Source: Candidatus Thorarchaeota archaeon (GTDB lineage Archaea > Asgardarchaeota > Thorarchaeia > Thorarchaeales > Thorarchaeaceae). Taken from it: a DNA stretch of 64,000 nucleotides. The position numbers and the translations under genes are program-made. The notes under the pieces are model-generated. The model did no database searches. It was not told the DNA's origin and worked only from the letters and a program-made list of their open reading frames with translations. This document shows, piece after piece, positions 17,517-26,280 of this stretch. The stretch is from contig JBHLRQ010000004.1 of NCBI GenBank assembly GCA_048882385.1, forward strand, positions 13,470 to 77,469, read 5' to 3'. Every line of letters begins with the position of its first letter. Positions within the stretch are counted from its first letter, which is position 1.

Positions 17517-18134
17517 TTATTTTCGCCCAGAGAGCTGTTCGCTAAGTTTCTTGCTCTCTTCCTCAATCTTACGTCTTACAAGATTGTGAATTTCCTGTTC
17601 AAATACATTAGGTACAATTTTTACTATGTTGCAGAGCCTGTCCACGATGGTGTCAGCAAGCTTGTTGTAGGAAGGGGTATTCCCTGTCACAATACCACGG
17701 ACAACAACTTCTCCAACGCTTGCTCCAACTACCGAATCAACGACACTTGCAATTGTACCTCTTGGATCCATAAAGAAAGGAAGATGAGTAGTATCGTGCA
17801 ATGTAGTGAATCCGAGCTTCTCGACTATGCTCTCAGTATACCACTCAAGACTGGATTCTTTCATTCGAAGTCGCGATGCAAACTCTGTCTTTGTCAAAGG
17901 ATTAGGATGACTCCACGGATGTCTAGTCACCATATAGAGAGCTGCACCAAAGAAGGGATCGACTTCACGAGGGACTCCTTCTTGTGAAACAAATCTCCGT
18001 ACAAGATCCAAAGCTAGGTTCTCATAACGTTCGTCAACTTTATTCTCTTTGTAGAATTCATGGGCATCACGGACAATCTTGACAATTTCCTGTGGATTTA
18101 CAGCCAAGTGTTCATCATCAAAGCGTGATGCCAT
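17517..18134 (-). CDS. hypothetical protein (205 aa)
   Basis: Long ORF with the start set at ATG 18134 (MASRFDD). No family recognised. Confidence 0.5.
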   Translation of the reverse strand: MASRFDDEHLAVNPQEIVKIVRDAHEFYKENKVDERYENLALDLVRRFVSQEGVPREVDPFFGAALYMVTRHPWSHPNPLTKTEFASRLRMKESSLEWYTESIVEKLGFTTLHDTTHLPFFMDPRGTIASVVDSVVGASVGEVVVRGIVTGNTPSYNKLADTIVDRLCNIVKIVPNVFEQEIHNLVRRKIEEESKKLSEQLSGRK

Positions 18135-18261
18135 TGTCTCCGCTCCAAAATAGCCGCGCACTTAAACAGCTGACTTTAGTGCAGAGGTTGGGTCGAGCTA
18201 TTTTACTCTTTTGCAATAGAAAATGAGGTCAGTTCTGTCCGCGCCAAAAGATAGGTATGCT

Positions 18262-18876
18262 CTATCGGGCTCTGTATATCTTCTCCAAGGTCCATCTTAG
18301 AGTTCTTTGTATCTCTTCTAATCGAGCCTCGTCGCCATAATTCTTCACAACAACTTCATCAAGGATTTTGTCATCTGATTTAACTTCAAAATCAAATGCA
18401 TCATCCCAACTAATCTCCCCCTTCTCAACCCTAAGACGGTCTTCCTGTTGATACTTACCAAGAATTTCTTGAATGAAGAATTTTGCAAATGCGCCACGAG
18501 TGATATTGTAGACAGCATGATCAGCTGGTACGATCCTCAAATTCTGTTCAATCACTTCAATTGTAGCCATCTCCAAATCTCCAGACTTGTTAACAATCAG
18601 GATATTCCTTGGTTCACCTGAAACCTCCAGTGTTTCTCTAGGTGTCATTACCTGTGCTCGAGCAGCTGATTCCATTGAAACATCAGCTGTTGTGAAACTA
18701 CCTTTTCCAATTGTTGCATCGAGTGCTTGAATGAACTCCTCAAGCTGCTCAATTCTCTCTCTTAGTCTGTCTAGTTCTTCACCGAGCTGGGTTCTTAATT
18801 CAAGTAACACACGAATTTCCGGATTTGACACTGCATACACCAACGTACCATGCGGACACTCTGAAGAACTGTCCAT
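18262..18876 (-). CDS. hypothetical protein with N-terminal coiled coil (204 aa)
   Basis: Heptad-like segment LRTQLGEELDRLRERIEQLEEFIQALD. The rest is unrecognised. Confidence 0.5.
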   Translation of the reverse strand: MDSSSECPHGTLVYAVSNPEIRVLLELRTQLGEELDRLRERIEQLEEFIQALDATIGKGSFTTADVSMESAARAQVMTPRETLEVSGEPRNILIVNKSGDLEMATIEVIEQNLRIVPADHAVYNITRGAFAKFFIQEILGKYQQEDRLRVEKGEISWDDAFDFEVKSDDKILDEVVVKNYGDEARLEEIQRTLRWTLEKIYRAR

Positions 18877-18948
18877 TACTTATATGGTTGATTGTATTAT
18901 TAGAACTTGTAGAAGACAGATTCTCTCGGTTATAATGAGTGATTACAA

Positions 18949-19173
18949 TTATTCTTCAACAGCAACAACGGCAATGGCAAAATCAGGACACTCCAATTCG
19001 CACAACTTGCATACTTTGCAGGCTTCAAGATTAGTCACAATGGGAAGAAAGAAGCCACGATTATCAACAATATCAGATTTCTTTAGAACACCGTGAGGAC
19101 AGACGGAGATACAAATGTGGCAGCCTTTGCACATCTTTGGATCAATAACGATTGCTTTAGCTTTCTTTGCCAT
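18949..19173 (-). CDS. 2x[4Fe-4S] ferredoxin (74 aa)
   Basis: MAKKAKAIVIDPKMCKGCHICISVCPHG...CKVCKLCELECPDFAI gives two CxxCxxCxxxCP motifs. The upstream 55 codons of the track ORF were rejected because they overlap the next gene. Confidence 0.8.
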   Translation of the reverse strand: MAKKAKAIVIDPKMCKGCHICISVCPHGVLKKSDIVDNRGFFLPIVTNLEACKVCKLCELECPDFAIAVVAVEE

Positions 19174-19291
19174 CGCAGGATACTCCGAATCATGCCGCAA
19201 ACTAATCGTGATATAACGGTTCTCATTTGACCCACAAGAGTGACCATTAAATACTGTCAATCTTGATGTGATTATAGTAGGTGTCGAGTTG

Positions 19292-20005
19292 TTGAAACCA
19301 TTTTTAGTGTTCAAGTGTCCCAAATGCAGTAACTTCACAAATGCTCCAGCGGGTCAAAAGAGGAGAAGGTGTAGCTACTGTGGAACAATCATTGATATCA
19401 GAAAAGCAGCATGTGCAATTTTTGATACTCCTGAGATGGCTTCAACTGCAGTGAAGGAGTTCAATGCTGCACGAGGCGGAGATGAGTTTCAGAAATCGGT
19501 TGAACGATCAAGGGAGAGAGCACTTGCACTTATGCCAAAGGACCCTGTTAAAGCGTCTGACATCTCAGATAGAGAACCGACTATCAGTTCTCCTGGAAAG
19601 AGGAAACGTCTCATGGCGCTTCTGGAGAAGGAAGCAAAGAATGCTCCGTGTTCTCTTGATAGGATAGAAGAAATATGTATGGAATATGAACTTGATTGGA
19701 AATGGGTCGAAAGTCAATTAGAAAACCTATCAAATAATGGAACACTCATATTTCCCAGACCGTGGTCAGTACAACTTGTTGCTACAAAAGAGAAGGATAG
19801 TGAGAGAGAATCTGAAACAAGTGATGTATCAACAGATATTCTAGCACTCCTTTCAGAGTCAAATCAAGCTATCAAGGTTGTTGATATCGTCAAGAGATTT
19901 GAGAAGAGAGGAATATCGGAAACTTCAGTTATTTCATCCTTAGAGAAGCTAATGCAACGCGGAGAGATCTTTGAACCAAGGAGCGGCAAGGTCCAATTGG
20001 TGTAA
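19292..20005 (+). CDS. DUF1922-type zinc-ribbon protein with C-terminal winged-helix-like domains
   Basis: FKCPKCSNFTNAPAGQKRRRCSYCG ribbon at the N-terminus. C-terminal IKVVDIVKRFEKRGISETSVISSLEKLMQRGEIFE resembles a wHTH. TTG 19292 is preceded by AGGTG; GTG 19268 is also possible. Confidence 0.6.
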   Translation: MKPFLVFKCPKCSNFTNAPAGQKRRRCSYCGTIIDIRKAACAIFDTPEMASTAVKEFNAARGGDEFQKSVERSRERALALMPKDPVKASDISDREPTISSPGKRKRLMALLEKEAKNAPCSLDRIEEICMEYELDWKWVESQLENLSNNGTLIFPRPWSVQLVATKEKDSERESETSDVSTDILALLSESNQAIKVVDIVKRFEKRGISETSVISSLEKLMQRGEIFEPRSGKVQLV

Positions 20006-20054
20006 GCGTTTCGATTAGTTGAATAAGGCTCGGGAGTACAATTAGGTGGTACTA

Positions 20055-20444
20055 ATGCCAATTGTGGAACTTGTGGCAAAAAAGACGTTGGAGCTTAATC
20101 CAGACATAGGTCTGGATGTAGTTGACCTGATAGTTCTACTTTGGATGTACTCTAATCCATATGACAATAATAGAAGACAACTAAGTTCAATGCGCAATGT
20201 CCTCAAGATGTCTGAAACATTACAGGTTCCCGGGGGAGGATTAGATATCTCTGAGGAAGAACTCACGCAGATAGTATTAGGTAGTCTTCAGAAATTGAGG
20301 GGAATGGGTTTGGTGTATATACAGTCTGCAGGAATTCATTATGTGAAAGGAACCCTCACTGATGAAGGAGTAGATTTGATCAAGAAGTCTGTAACGACGC
20401 CAGTTTTGAAAAGAGTAACTGCTGAATTTGGAAATAATCCGTGA
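20055..20444 (+). CDS. hypothetical protein, MarR/winged-helix-like (129 aa)
   Basis: ATG 20055 is preceded by AGGTGGT. LGSLQKLRGMGLVYIQSAGIHYVKGTLTDEG resembles a wHTH wing. Confidence 0.5.
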   Translation: MPIVELVAKKTLELNPDIGLDVVDLIVLLWMYSNPYDNNRRQLSSMRNVLKMSETLQVPGGGLDISEEELTQIVLGSLQKLRGMGLVYIQSAGIHYVKGTLTDEGVDLIKKSVTTPVLKRVTAEFGNNP

Positions 20445-20457
20445 TTTGGTTTTTTTG
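20445..20457 (+). terminator. oligo-T tract (archaeal-type terminator) after the 20055-20444 gene
   Basis: A run of seven T at 20450-20456 immediately after the stop codon. Confidence 0.4.
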
Positions 20458-20477
20458 AATTAGGGCAAGTGACAATG

Positions 20478-20695
20478 TTTAAATGCAAAACTCTTCCGAA
20501 ACCGGACTGCTGCTCAACTGAGATAGCTGTTTCAGAACCGATGGAAGCAGTGCAGACAAACTAGTTCTGCTCGCGAGAACAGTCTGCAGACGTGTGCCGG
20601 ATAGGTTCTGGAGTGGTTGCGAGAGCACAACGATGACTTTACAGCTTTCATAGAATGCAAGCTGGAACAAGTCCCCACAGCGGAAGTGAGGCATT
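20478..20695 (+). ncRNA. candidate structured RNA or structured 5' leader of the uL22 operon (class unknown)
   Basis: TATA-like TTTAAAT at 20478-20484. Nested helices: CAGAACC 20533-39 / GGUUCUG 20604-10, UGCAGAC 20551-57 / GUCUGCA 20582-88, GUUCU 20564-68 / AGAAC 20576-80. There is a GAGA-loop hairpin at 20616-31 and a CAGCUU/AAGCUG hairpin at 20642-64. No credible ORF. Confidence 0.3.
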
Positions 20696-21160
20696 ATGCC
20701 AACATATGGATATTCAATCATGGGCATTGACCCGGATAGAACAGCAATTGCTAGTGGAAGAAACATGCGGGTTTCCCCGAAACAATGCAGAGAAGTCTGT
20801 AATGAAATCAAGGGGATGATGCTGGATAAGGCAATTGATCTTCTGGAACTCGTAATAGAGGAGAAAGCTTGGATTCCCTACAGGCGTCACAGGAAGAAAC
20901 GTGGCCATCATGCAGGAATGAAGAAATGGCCATCTGGTGGACATCCGGTTAAAGCATCAGAGCATATCTTAGCTGTTTTGCGGAATGCAGAAGCCAATGC
21001 AGATACAAAAGGTCTGGACATTGATAGACTCAGAATAGCGCATGCAGCAACGCAACGGGGTAGAACCTACAAGAAATACATTGAGCGAGCATTTGGTAGA
21101 AGCACTCCGTATTTTGAGAACACTTCCCATGTGGAGATAGTATTAGAAGAGGTGAGTTAA
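20696..21160 (+). CDS. rpl22: 50S ribosomal protein uL22
   Basis: The N-terminus YSIMGIDPDRTAIASGRNMRVSPK and the GRYP-like loop align with archaeal L22. First gene of the operon. Confidence 0.93.
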   Translation: MPTYGYSIMGIDPDRTAIASGRNMRVSPKQCREVCNEIKGMMLDKAIDLLELVIEEKAWIPYRRHRKKRGHHAGMKKWPSGGHPVKASEHILAVLRNAEANADTKGLDIDRLRIAHAATQRGRTYKKYIERAFGRSTPYFENTSHVEIVLEEVS

Positions 21161-22074
21161 TGTCAGCTGTCAAGTACTTTATCGAACAGAACTCTCGTAG
21201 ACTTGCGATTGATGAGTTTTTGGCAACTGAACTCAACGCTGCGGGATATGGTGGCGTCGAGATCAGAAAGATGCCAATGAAGACAGAGGTCGTTATTCAT
21301 GCCTCTCGACCAGGAGTAGTAATCGGTCGTCGTGGTGCAAAGATTAGAGAGCTTACCTACATTCTCGAGAATGAGTTTGGAATTGAGAATGTTCAGATTG
21401 AGGTTAGTGAGATTGAGAATCCTTGGCTTGATGCAGCTGTAATGGCATCAAGGTTGGCCAGACAACTCGAGAGAGGCGTTCGTTTCAGAAGAATGGCTTA
21501 CTGGATCCTCAGACGTGTAATGCGAGCTGGAGCAATTGGCTGTGAGATAATTGTGAAAGGCAAACTGTCTAGCAGAAGAGCTAGGTATCAGAAATTCAAA
21601 CAGGGTACAATCGCAAAAACTGGAGAACCTGCTGACATGTTTGTAGACCATGCAAATGATTTGGCAGTGCTAAAACCAGGCGTGATAGGAATTCAAGTCC
21701 GAATTATGAGACCTGATGCAAAACTTCCTGGAGTTATTCAGATCAAAACACCGAAACCTAGGAAGAAAGAGGAAATTGAGCTTGTAAAGAGGCCAGATGA
21801 AGAACCCAGTGATGAAGTTGAAGCAGTTGATGAAACACTTGAGGGAATCACTGACATAGATGAACTCAGAGAACTGGAAGAACTAGATGGTCTAGAGCTC
21901 ATTGACGACGAACTGGAGCCGCAAGAGAAGGAAGAACCCGAACCAGAAATCGTGGAGGAACCTCCAATGGATGAAGAAGTCATTGAAGATGCTGAAATCA
22001 GTGAACCAGCAGAGGAAACGATCATCGAAGACCTCAAAGAACTAGATGAATTGGACGAGGGAGGTACTGAGTAA
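21160..22074 (+). CDS. rps3: 30S ribosomal protein uS3 with ~100-aa acidic C-terminal extension
   Basis: KH domain and GRRGAKIRELT motif. Operon position after uL22. The tail from ~21780 is D/E-rich. Confidence 0.93.
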   Translation: MSAVKYFIEQNSRRLAIDEFLATELNAAGYGGVEIRKMPMKTEVVIHASRPGVVIGRRGAKIRELTYILENEFGIENVQIEVSEIENPWLDAAVMASRLARQLERGVRFRRMAYWILRRVMRAGAIGCEIIVKGKLSSRRARYQKFKQGTIAKTGEPADMFVDHANDLAVLKPGVIGIQVRIMRPDAKLPGVIQIKTPKPRKKEEIELVKRPDEEPSDEVEAVDETLEGITDIDELRELEELDGLELIDDELEPQEKEEPEPEIVEEPPMDEEVIEDAEISEPAEETIIEDLKELDELDEGGTE

Positions 22075-22286
22075 TGCCTGGACTGAATGCAAAAGAAATC
22101 CGTAAACTTACACATGCAGAGCGTCAGAAGAAGCTGGAAGAGCTTTACAATGAGATGTCCAGTATCAGAATCGAATCAGCAACAGGTGGAGGTACAGAGA
22201 ATCCATACAAGATTCGAAATGTGAGACGAGCAATTGCTCGTATTCTTACTATAAATCGAGAAGAAGAGCTGGAGGGTTCTGAATGA
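22074..22286 (+). CDS. rpl29: 50S ribosomal protein uL29
   Basis: 70-aa helical hairpin (KEIRKLTHAERQKKLEELYNE). ATG overlaps the uS3 stop. Confidence 0.9.
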   Translation: MPGLNAKEIRKLTHAERQKKLEELYNEMSSIRIESATGGGTENPYKIRNVRRAIARILTINREEELEGSE

Positions 22287-22567
22287 AAATTACTCCCCAG
22301 AATATTTTGAAACATGAACTTGTGGGGTTGCCAACTCATATTGTAGACTCGAGAGACCCCAATCATGTTTGTAAACAGGGTACAATCCTTGGAGAATCAA
22401 AGGAAATGATCCAGATTGACACTCAGAGAGGAACAATAGCAGTTCCCAAGAATGTCTGTGTCTTTGATATTACACTCCCTGATGGAACAGTGGTTCGCGT
22501 TGATGGTGGACTACTGAGAGGAAGACCAGAAGACAGAATGAAAAAGCGTTTCAACAGGAGCTGGTGA
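22283..22567 (+). CDS. rnp1: RNase P protein component 1 (Rpp29/Pop4)
   Basis: ILKHELVGLPTHIVDSRDPNHVCKQGTILGESKEMIQID shows the Sm-like Rpp29 pattern. Canonical position between uL29 and uS17. Confidence 0.88.
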   Translation: MKITPQNILKHELVGLPTHIVDSRDPNHVCKQGTILGESKEMIQIDTQRGTIAVPKNVCVFDITLPDGTVVRVDGGLLRGRPEDRMKKRFNRSW

Positions 22568-22938
22568 TGATGGCTGAAACCAAGAATAAAGTTCGCAATA
22601 TTGGCATCCCAAATGTGGAACCTCCCGAGAATCCATGTGATGATAGATACTGTCCATTCCATGGAAATCTATCAGTAAGAAGCAAAGTCCGAGAGGGAAT
22701 CGTCACAAGCACACGGATGTACAAGACGATTGCATTTCAAACAGACTATCTTAGTCTAATCAAGAAATACTCTCGATACGAACGTCGAAGAACAAAGAAA
22801 CTTGCACATTTGCCTCCATGCATTGAGGTCAAGGTTGGAGACACAGTGAAGGTAGTCGAATGCAGACCTTTGAGTAAGAATGTGTCAGCCGTTGTTGTAG
22901 CAGCAATCCCAGCTGAAATAAGAACAGAGGAGGAATAA
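22564..22938 (+). CDS. rps17: 30S ribosomal protein uS17
   Basis: CPFHGNLSVR...YSRYERRRTKKLAHLPPC...ECRPLSKN signature. Confidence 0.93.
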   Translation: MMMAETKNKVRNIGIPNVEPPENPCDDRYCPFHGNLSVRSKVREGIVTSTRMYKTIAFQTDYLSLIKKYSRYERRRTKKLAHLPPCIEVKVGDTVKVVECRPLSKNVSAVVVAAIPAEIRTEEE

Positions 22939-22941
22939 TCT

Positions 22942-23364
22942 GTGTCAAGGAAAGTTGGAAGAGGAATCAGAAAATTCATCCCCCGAATAGCCCGAGGATT
23001 ACCAATTGGTGCCAAAATTTTGTGTGCTGACAATTCAGGAGCAAAGGAACTGAGACTAATCACAGTATTCGGATACAAGGGTAAACTGAGGAAGCTGGGT
23101 AAAGCTGGTATTGGTGACATGGTCAATGTATCTGTCACCAAAGGAAAACAAGAACTACGCAAACAAGTACTTCAAGCCGTCATAGTGCGACAAAGAAAAC
23201 CATTCAGGAGACCTGATGGAACTTGGATGCAGTTCGAAGATAATGCAGCAGTATTGGTCAAGCCTGGAGGCGAACCTCAAGGTTCTGAACTGAGAGGTCC
23301 TATGGCAAGAGAAGTCACTCTGAAGTGGCCAAGAGTTTCTGCTATTGCATCAAAGATAGTGTGA
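22942..23364 (+). CDS. rpl14: 50S ribosomal protein uL14
   Basis: GTG start. LCADNSGAKEL motif and operon position. Confidence 0.93.
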   Translation: MSRKVGRGIRKFIPRIARGLPIGAKILCADNSGAKELRLITVFGYKGKLRKLGKAGIGDMVNVSVTKGKQELRKQVLQAVIVRQRKPFRRPDGTWMQFEDNAAVLVKPGGEPQGSELRGPMAREVTLKWPRVSAIASKIV

Positions 23365-23373
23365 GGGAGGAGA

Positions 23374-23763
23374 ATGGCAAAGAAACCAAGTTCAAAGTCA
23401 CCTAGGAAACAGCGAAAGCGAATAATGAATGCTCCCCTTCATGATCGCAAGAACCTGCTCAAATGCAGACTTGACGAGTTCCTTCAAGAGCAATACGGAC
23501 TCCGCTCACTTGTAATCAAGAAAGGTGATCTGGTGAGGGTTATGAGAGGTCAATTTCGTGATACTGAGGGGAAGGTAACTGCTGTAAGCTACAAAACAGC
23601 TCGTGTGTTTCTGGATAATGCTACAATTACCAAAGCAGATGGGAAAGAAGCTCCAGTTCCAGTGCATCCATCAAATCTCATGTTAGTGAAATTGGAGCTA
23701 AACGATGAAAGAAAGAAACTCATTGAAGGCAAAGTAATGAAATTCGCGGAGAGTGACGAATAA
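23374..23763 (+). CDS. rpl24: 50S ribosomal protein uL24
   Basis: KOW motif KKGDLVRVMRGQFRDTEGKV. Operon position. Confidence 0.92.
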   Translation: MAKKPSSKSPRKQRKRIMNAPLHDRKNLLKCRLDEFLQEQYGLRSLVIKKGDLVRVMRGQFRDTEGKVTAVSYKTARVFLDNATITKADGKEAPVPVHPSNLMLVKLELNDERKKLIEGKVMKFAESDE

Positions 23764-24518
23764 TGGCAAGAAGAGGTCAAAAAAGACATCTCAAACGTCT
23801 ACCAGCACCACGACACTGGCCAATCAAGAGAAAGGAGGCAAAGTTCACAACCAGAGTGGTTCCTGGACCTCATCCGAAAGAACATAGCCTTACACTTGCT
23901 TTGGTTCTAAGAGAGGTTCTTGGTTATGCTGAGAACATGCGTGAAGTGAAGGCAATTCTATCAGGCGGTCAGATAAAAGTAGATGGCAAAATCAGAAAGA
24001 ATCCTAGATTTCCTGTGGGACTCATGGATGTCATTGAAATCGGACCTTCTGGAGAACGGTTTAGGCTTCTACCTAAATTGAGGGGAGGCCTACGATTTGT
24101 TAGTATTGACGAAACAGAAGCTAGTTACAAACTCTGCAGAATTGAAAACAAGACTATGGTCAATGGAGGAAAAGTGCAGCTTAGTCTACACGATGGTCGG
24201 ACCCTCTTGCTTTCAGATAGTGAGAAAGCAGAGGACTATAGTACCCTTGATACTTTGAAAGTTGGAATTCCAAAACAGAAACTTATGAAATCCTTCAAGC
24301 TTGACAAAGGAGTCTATGCAATTGTCACACGAGGGAAGAACATTGGTTTCGAAGGAAAAGTCGTTGAAGTTGAAAAAAGAATTGGTACGCATGCAAGTAC
24401 CGTGACAATCCAAGATCCTGATGGAAATAGGTTCCAGACTGCTCTAGACTATGTCTTTGTTGTTGGGAAGACCAAATCAGAGGTGACTCTGGAAGCAGCA
24501 GGAGGTAGTTCCGAATGA
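23763..24518 (+). CDS. rps4e: 30S ribosomal protein eS4
   Basis: Begins MARRGQKRHLKRLPAPRHWPI. S4 and KOW domains. Confidence 0.93.
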   Translation: MARRGQKRHLKRLPAPRHWPIKRKEAKFTTRVVPGPHPKEHSLTLALVLREVLGYAENMREVKAILSGGQIKVDGKIRKNPRFPVGLMDVIEIGPSGERFRLLPKLRGGLRFVSIDETEASYKLCRIENKTMVNGGKVQLSLHDGRTLLLSDSEKAEDYSTLDTLKVGIPKQKLMKSFKLDKGVYAIVTRGKNIGFEGKVVEVEKRIGTHASTVTIQDPDGNRFQTALDYVFVVGKTKSEVTLEAAGGSSE

Positions 24519-25102
24519 GCATCGAGAATGAACAAATCAATGAACAGGTCTTCCTCGAAAACTGGAAAGCCTATCCTATGAGGGAGCCTTACATCGCCAA
24601 AGTTGTAATCGACATGTGTACTGGAGGCGGAGAGGCTCTTACAAGAGCTGCTACAATTCTTGAAGAACTCAGTGGACAGACTCCAACACAATCAAAGGCT
24701 CGTCAGACAGTACGAGATTTCGGAATTCGCAGGAAAGAGCCCATTGCAGTACGAGTAACTCTCCGGCACAAGAAAGCGGAGAAGTTTCTTGTCAAGGCTC
24801 TGAAGGCAAAAGAAAACGTCCTACTGATTAAGAATTGGGATCTTGATGGCAACTTTGCTTTTGGGATTTCAGAACACATTGACATACCCGATGTGAAATA
24901 CGATCCCCAACTTGGGATTCAAGGCATGAATATTACAGTGTGTATAGAACGTCCAGGCTTCAGAGTGAAGCGACGACGACGAAAGAAGACGAAAGTTCCA
25001 TACAGGCATCGCCTGACTCCAGAGGAGAGTATGGTCTTCGTCAAGAACAAGTTCGGTATTGAGATACTCGAAAAGGAGCGAGAACGGACATACCTATTCT
25101 GA
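24515..25102 (+). CDS. rpl5: 50S ribosomal protein uL5
   Basis: YPMREPYIAKVVIDMCTGG...FGISEHIDIP pattern. Operon position. Confidence 0.93.
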   Translation: MSIENEQINEQVFLENWKAYPMREPYIAKVVIDMCTGGGEALTRAATILEELSGQTPTQSKARQTVRDFGIRRKEPIAVRVTLRHKKAEKFLVKALKAKENVLLIKNWDLDGNFAFGISEHIDIPDVKYDPQLGIQGMNITVCIERPGFRVKRRRRKKTKVPYRHRLTPEESMVFVKNKFGIEILEKERERTYLF

Positions 25103-25110
25103 GGTGAACT

Positions 25111-25281
25111 ATGATGAGTGCAAAGAAAGATCGTCCTAAACGTAAGAGAATGGGTAAAGGCAGTAGAACATGCGTCCGTTGTGGTACACATCAAGCAATC
25201 ATACGATCATATAGCTTGAACATGTGTAGACGCTGTTTCAGAGAAACAGCGGAAAAGCTCGGGTTCAGAAAATATCAGTAA
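25111..25281 (+). CDS. rps14: 30S ribosomal protein uS14 (zinc-binding type, 56 aa)
   Basis: Hand-translated as [56 protein letters not shown], with CxxC...CxxC. Lies between uL5 and uS8. Below the ORF-track length cutoff. Confidence 0.9.
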   Translation: MMSAKKDRPKRKRMGKGSRTCVRCGTHQAIIRSYSLNMCRRCFRETAEKLGFRKYQ

Positions 25282-25297
25282 GGAGGCTAAGGAGAAA

Positions 25298-25690
25298 GTG
25301 ACACTACTAGACCCATTGGCTGACGCAATGTCAAACATCTACAATAGTGAGATAGTGGGCAAACCTGAGGTGGTTATAGCTCCAGCATCACGCTTGATTG
25401 AGAAAGTACTGCAAGTAATGCAGTCGAAAGGGTACATCGGAGAGTTCGAACGTATTGATGACGGAAAAGCAGGTCGATTTCGCATTCAACTCATGGGACG
25501 GACGAACAAATGCGGTGTAATAAAACCCAGATTCCCTGTCCGTCGTGATGGTTTCGAGAAATTTGAGAAACGCTTCTTGCCGGCATATAACTATGGAATA
25601 TTAATAGTTACAACGCCGGAGGGTGTGATGACTCATCAAGATGCAAAGACACGTGGGATTGGGGGAAGACTACTAGCATATGTTTACTAA
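25298..25690 (+). CDS. rps8: 30S ribosomal protein uS8
   Basis: GTG start. [15 protein letters not shown]-terminus. Confidence 0.93.
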   Translation: MTLLDPLADAMSNIYNSEIVGKPEVVIAPASRLIEKVLQVMQSKGYIGEFERIDDGKAGRFRIQLMGRTNKCGVIKPRFPVRRDGFEKFEKRFLPAYNYGILIVTTPEGVMTHQDAKTRGIGGRLLAYVY

Positions 25691-25703
25691 GGAGATCTGA
25701 CTG

Positions 25704-26267
25704 ATGACTGAAGAAGCAATCTATGAACAACGGATCGAGATTCCTAGTGAATGTCAGGTTTCCCTAGAAGAGAAAACTATCACAGTCAATGGCCCAAAGG
25801 GTTCATTGGTACGTTCTTTCCCAGAACCTCAGACTCATATCAAGATTGATGGGAATGAGCTAATAGCATCTACTCACATTAATCGAAAAAGAGCTAAAGC
25901 TCTTGTTGGAACAGTTGTTGCTCATGTTCGCAACATGCTAGTCGGTGTGCAACACGGTTTTGAATATGAGATGAAGGTTGTATATAGTCACTTTCCGATT
26001 ACCGTGGAGGTAATGGACAAGAAAGTGATTATCAAGAACTTCATTGGAGAGAGGGGTATAAGAACAGCTCGTCTGATTGGTGATGTCGAAGTCAGAACAA
26101 CAGAGGATGAAGTCTTCATCAGCGGAATCAACATTGAACACGTATCACAGAGTGCAGCCAATATTCAGCAAGCATGCAAGATACGTGATAAAGACCGACG
26201 AATCTTCCTTGACGGAATCTATGTGATTAGGAAGAGGAAAGGCGAGGAAATGAAGTCAATAGTATAG
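25704..26267 (+). CDS. rpl6: 50S ribosomal protein uL6
   Basis: Two-domain L6 pattern (VTVNGPKGSL, YSHFPI). Operon position. Confidence 0.92.
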   Translation: MTEEAIYEQRIEIPSECQVSLEEKTITVNGPKGSLVRSFPEPQTHIKIDGNELIASTHINRKRAKALVGTVVAHVRNMLVGVQHGFEYEMKVVYSHFPITVEVMDKKVIIKNFIGERGIRTARLIGDVEVRTTEDEVFISGINIEHVSQSAANIQQACKIRDKDRRIFLDGIYVIRKRKGEEMKSIV

Positions 26268-26280
26268 GAGAGGGAATGAT

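Noticed and set aside
19174-19338. N-terminal 55 codons of the 129-aa track ORF
   Set aside because: The ferredoxin core starts at MAKKAKAIV (ATG 19173). The extension overlaps the divergent DUF1922 gene start.
20533-20610. Possible SRP (7S) RNA, based on GGAAGCAG and GUGUGCCGG..GGUUCUGG similarity to domain IV/helix 5
   Set aside because: I could not build a canonical helix 8: there is no 5' strand and no GNAR tetraloop preceding GGAAGCAG. The available non-coding space (~200-250 nt) is short for an archaeal SRP RNA, and no Alu-domain motifs were seen. It is kept only as an unclassified structured element.
20479-20811. 110-aa minus-strand ORF
   Set aside because: It overlaps the uL22 start by more than 100 nt and has no motif. 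The region is better explained as structured non-coding sequence.
21738-22115. Ser-rich 125-aa minus-strand ORF
   Set aside because: It is the complement of the GAA/GAG-rich acidic tail of uS3.
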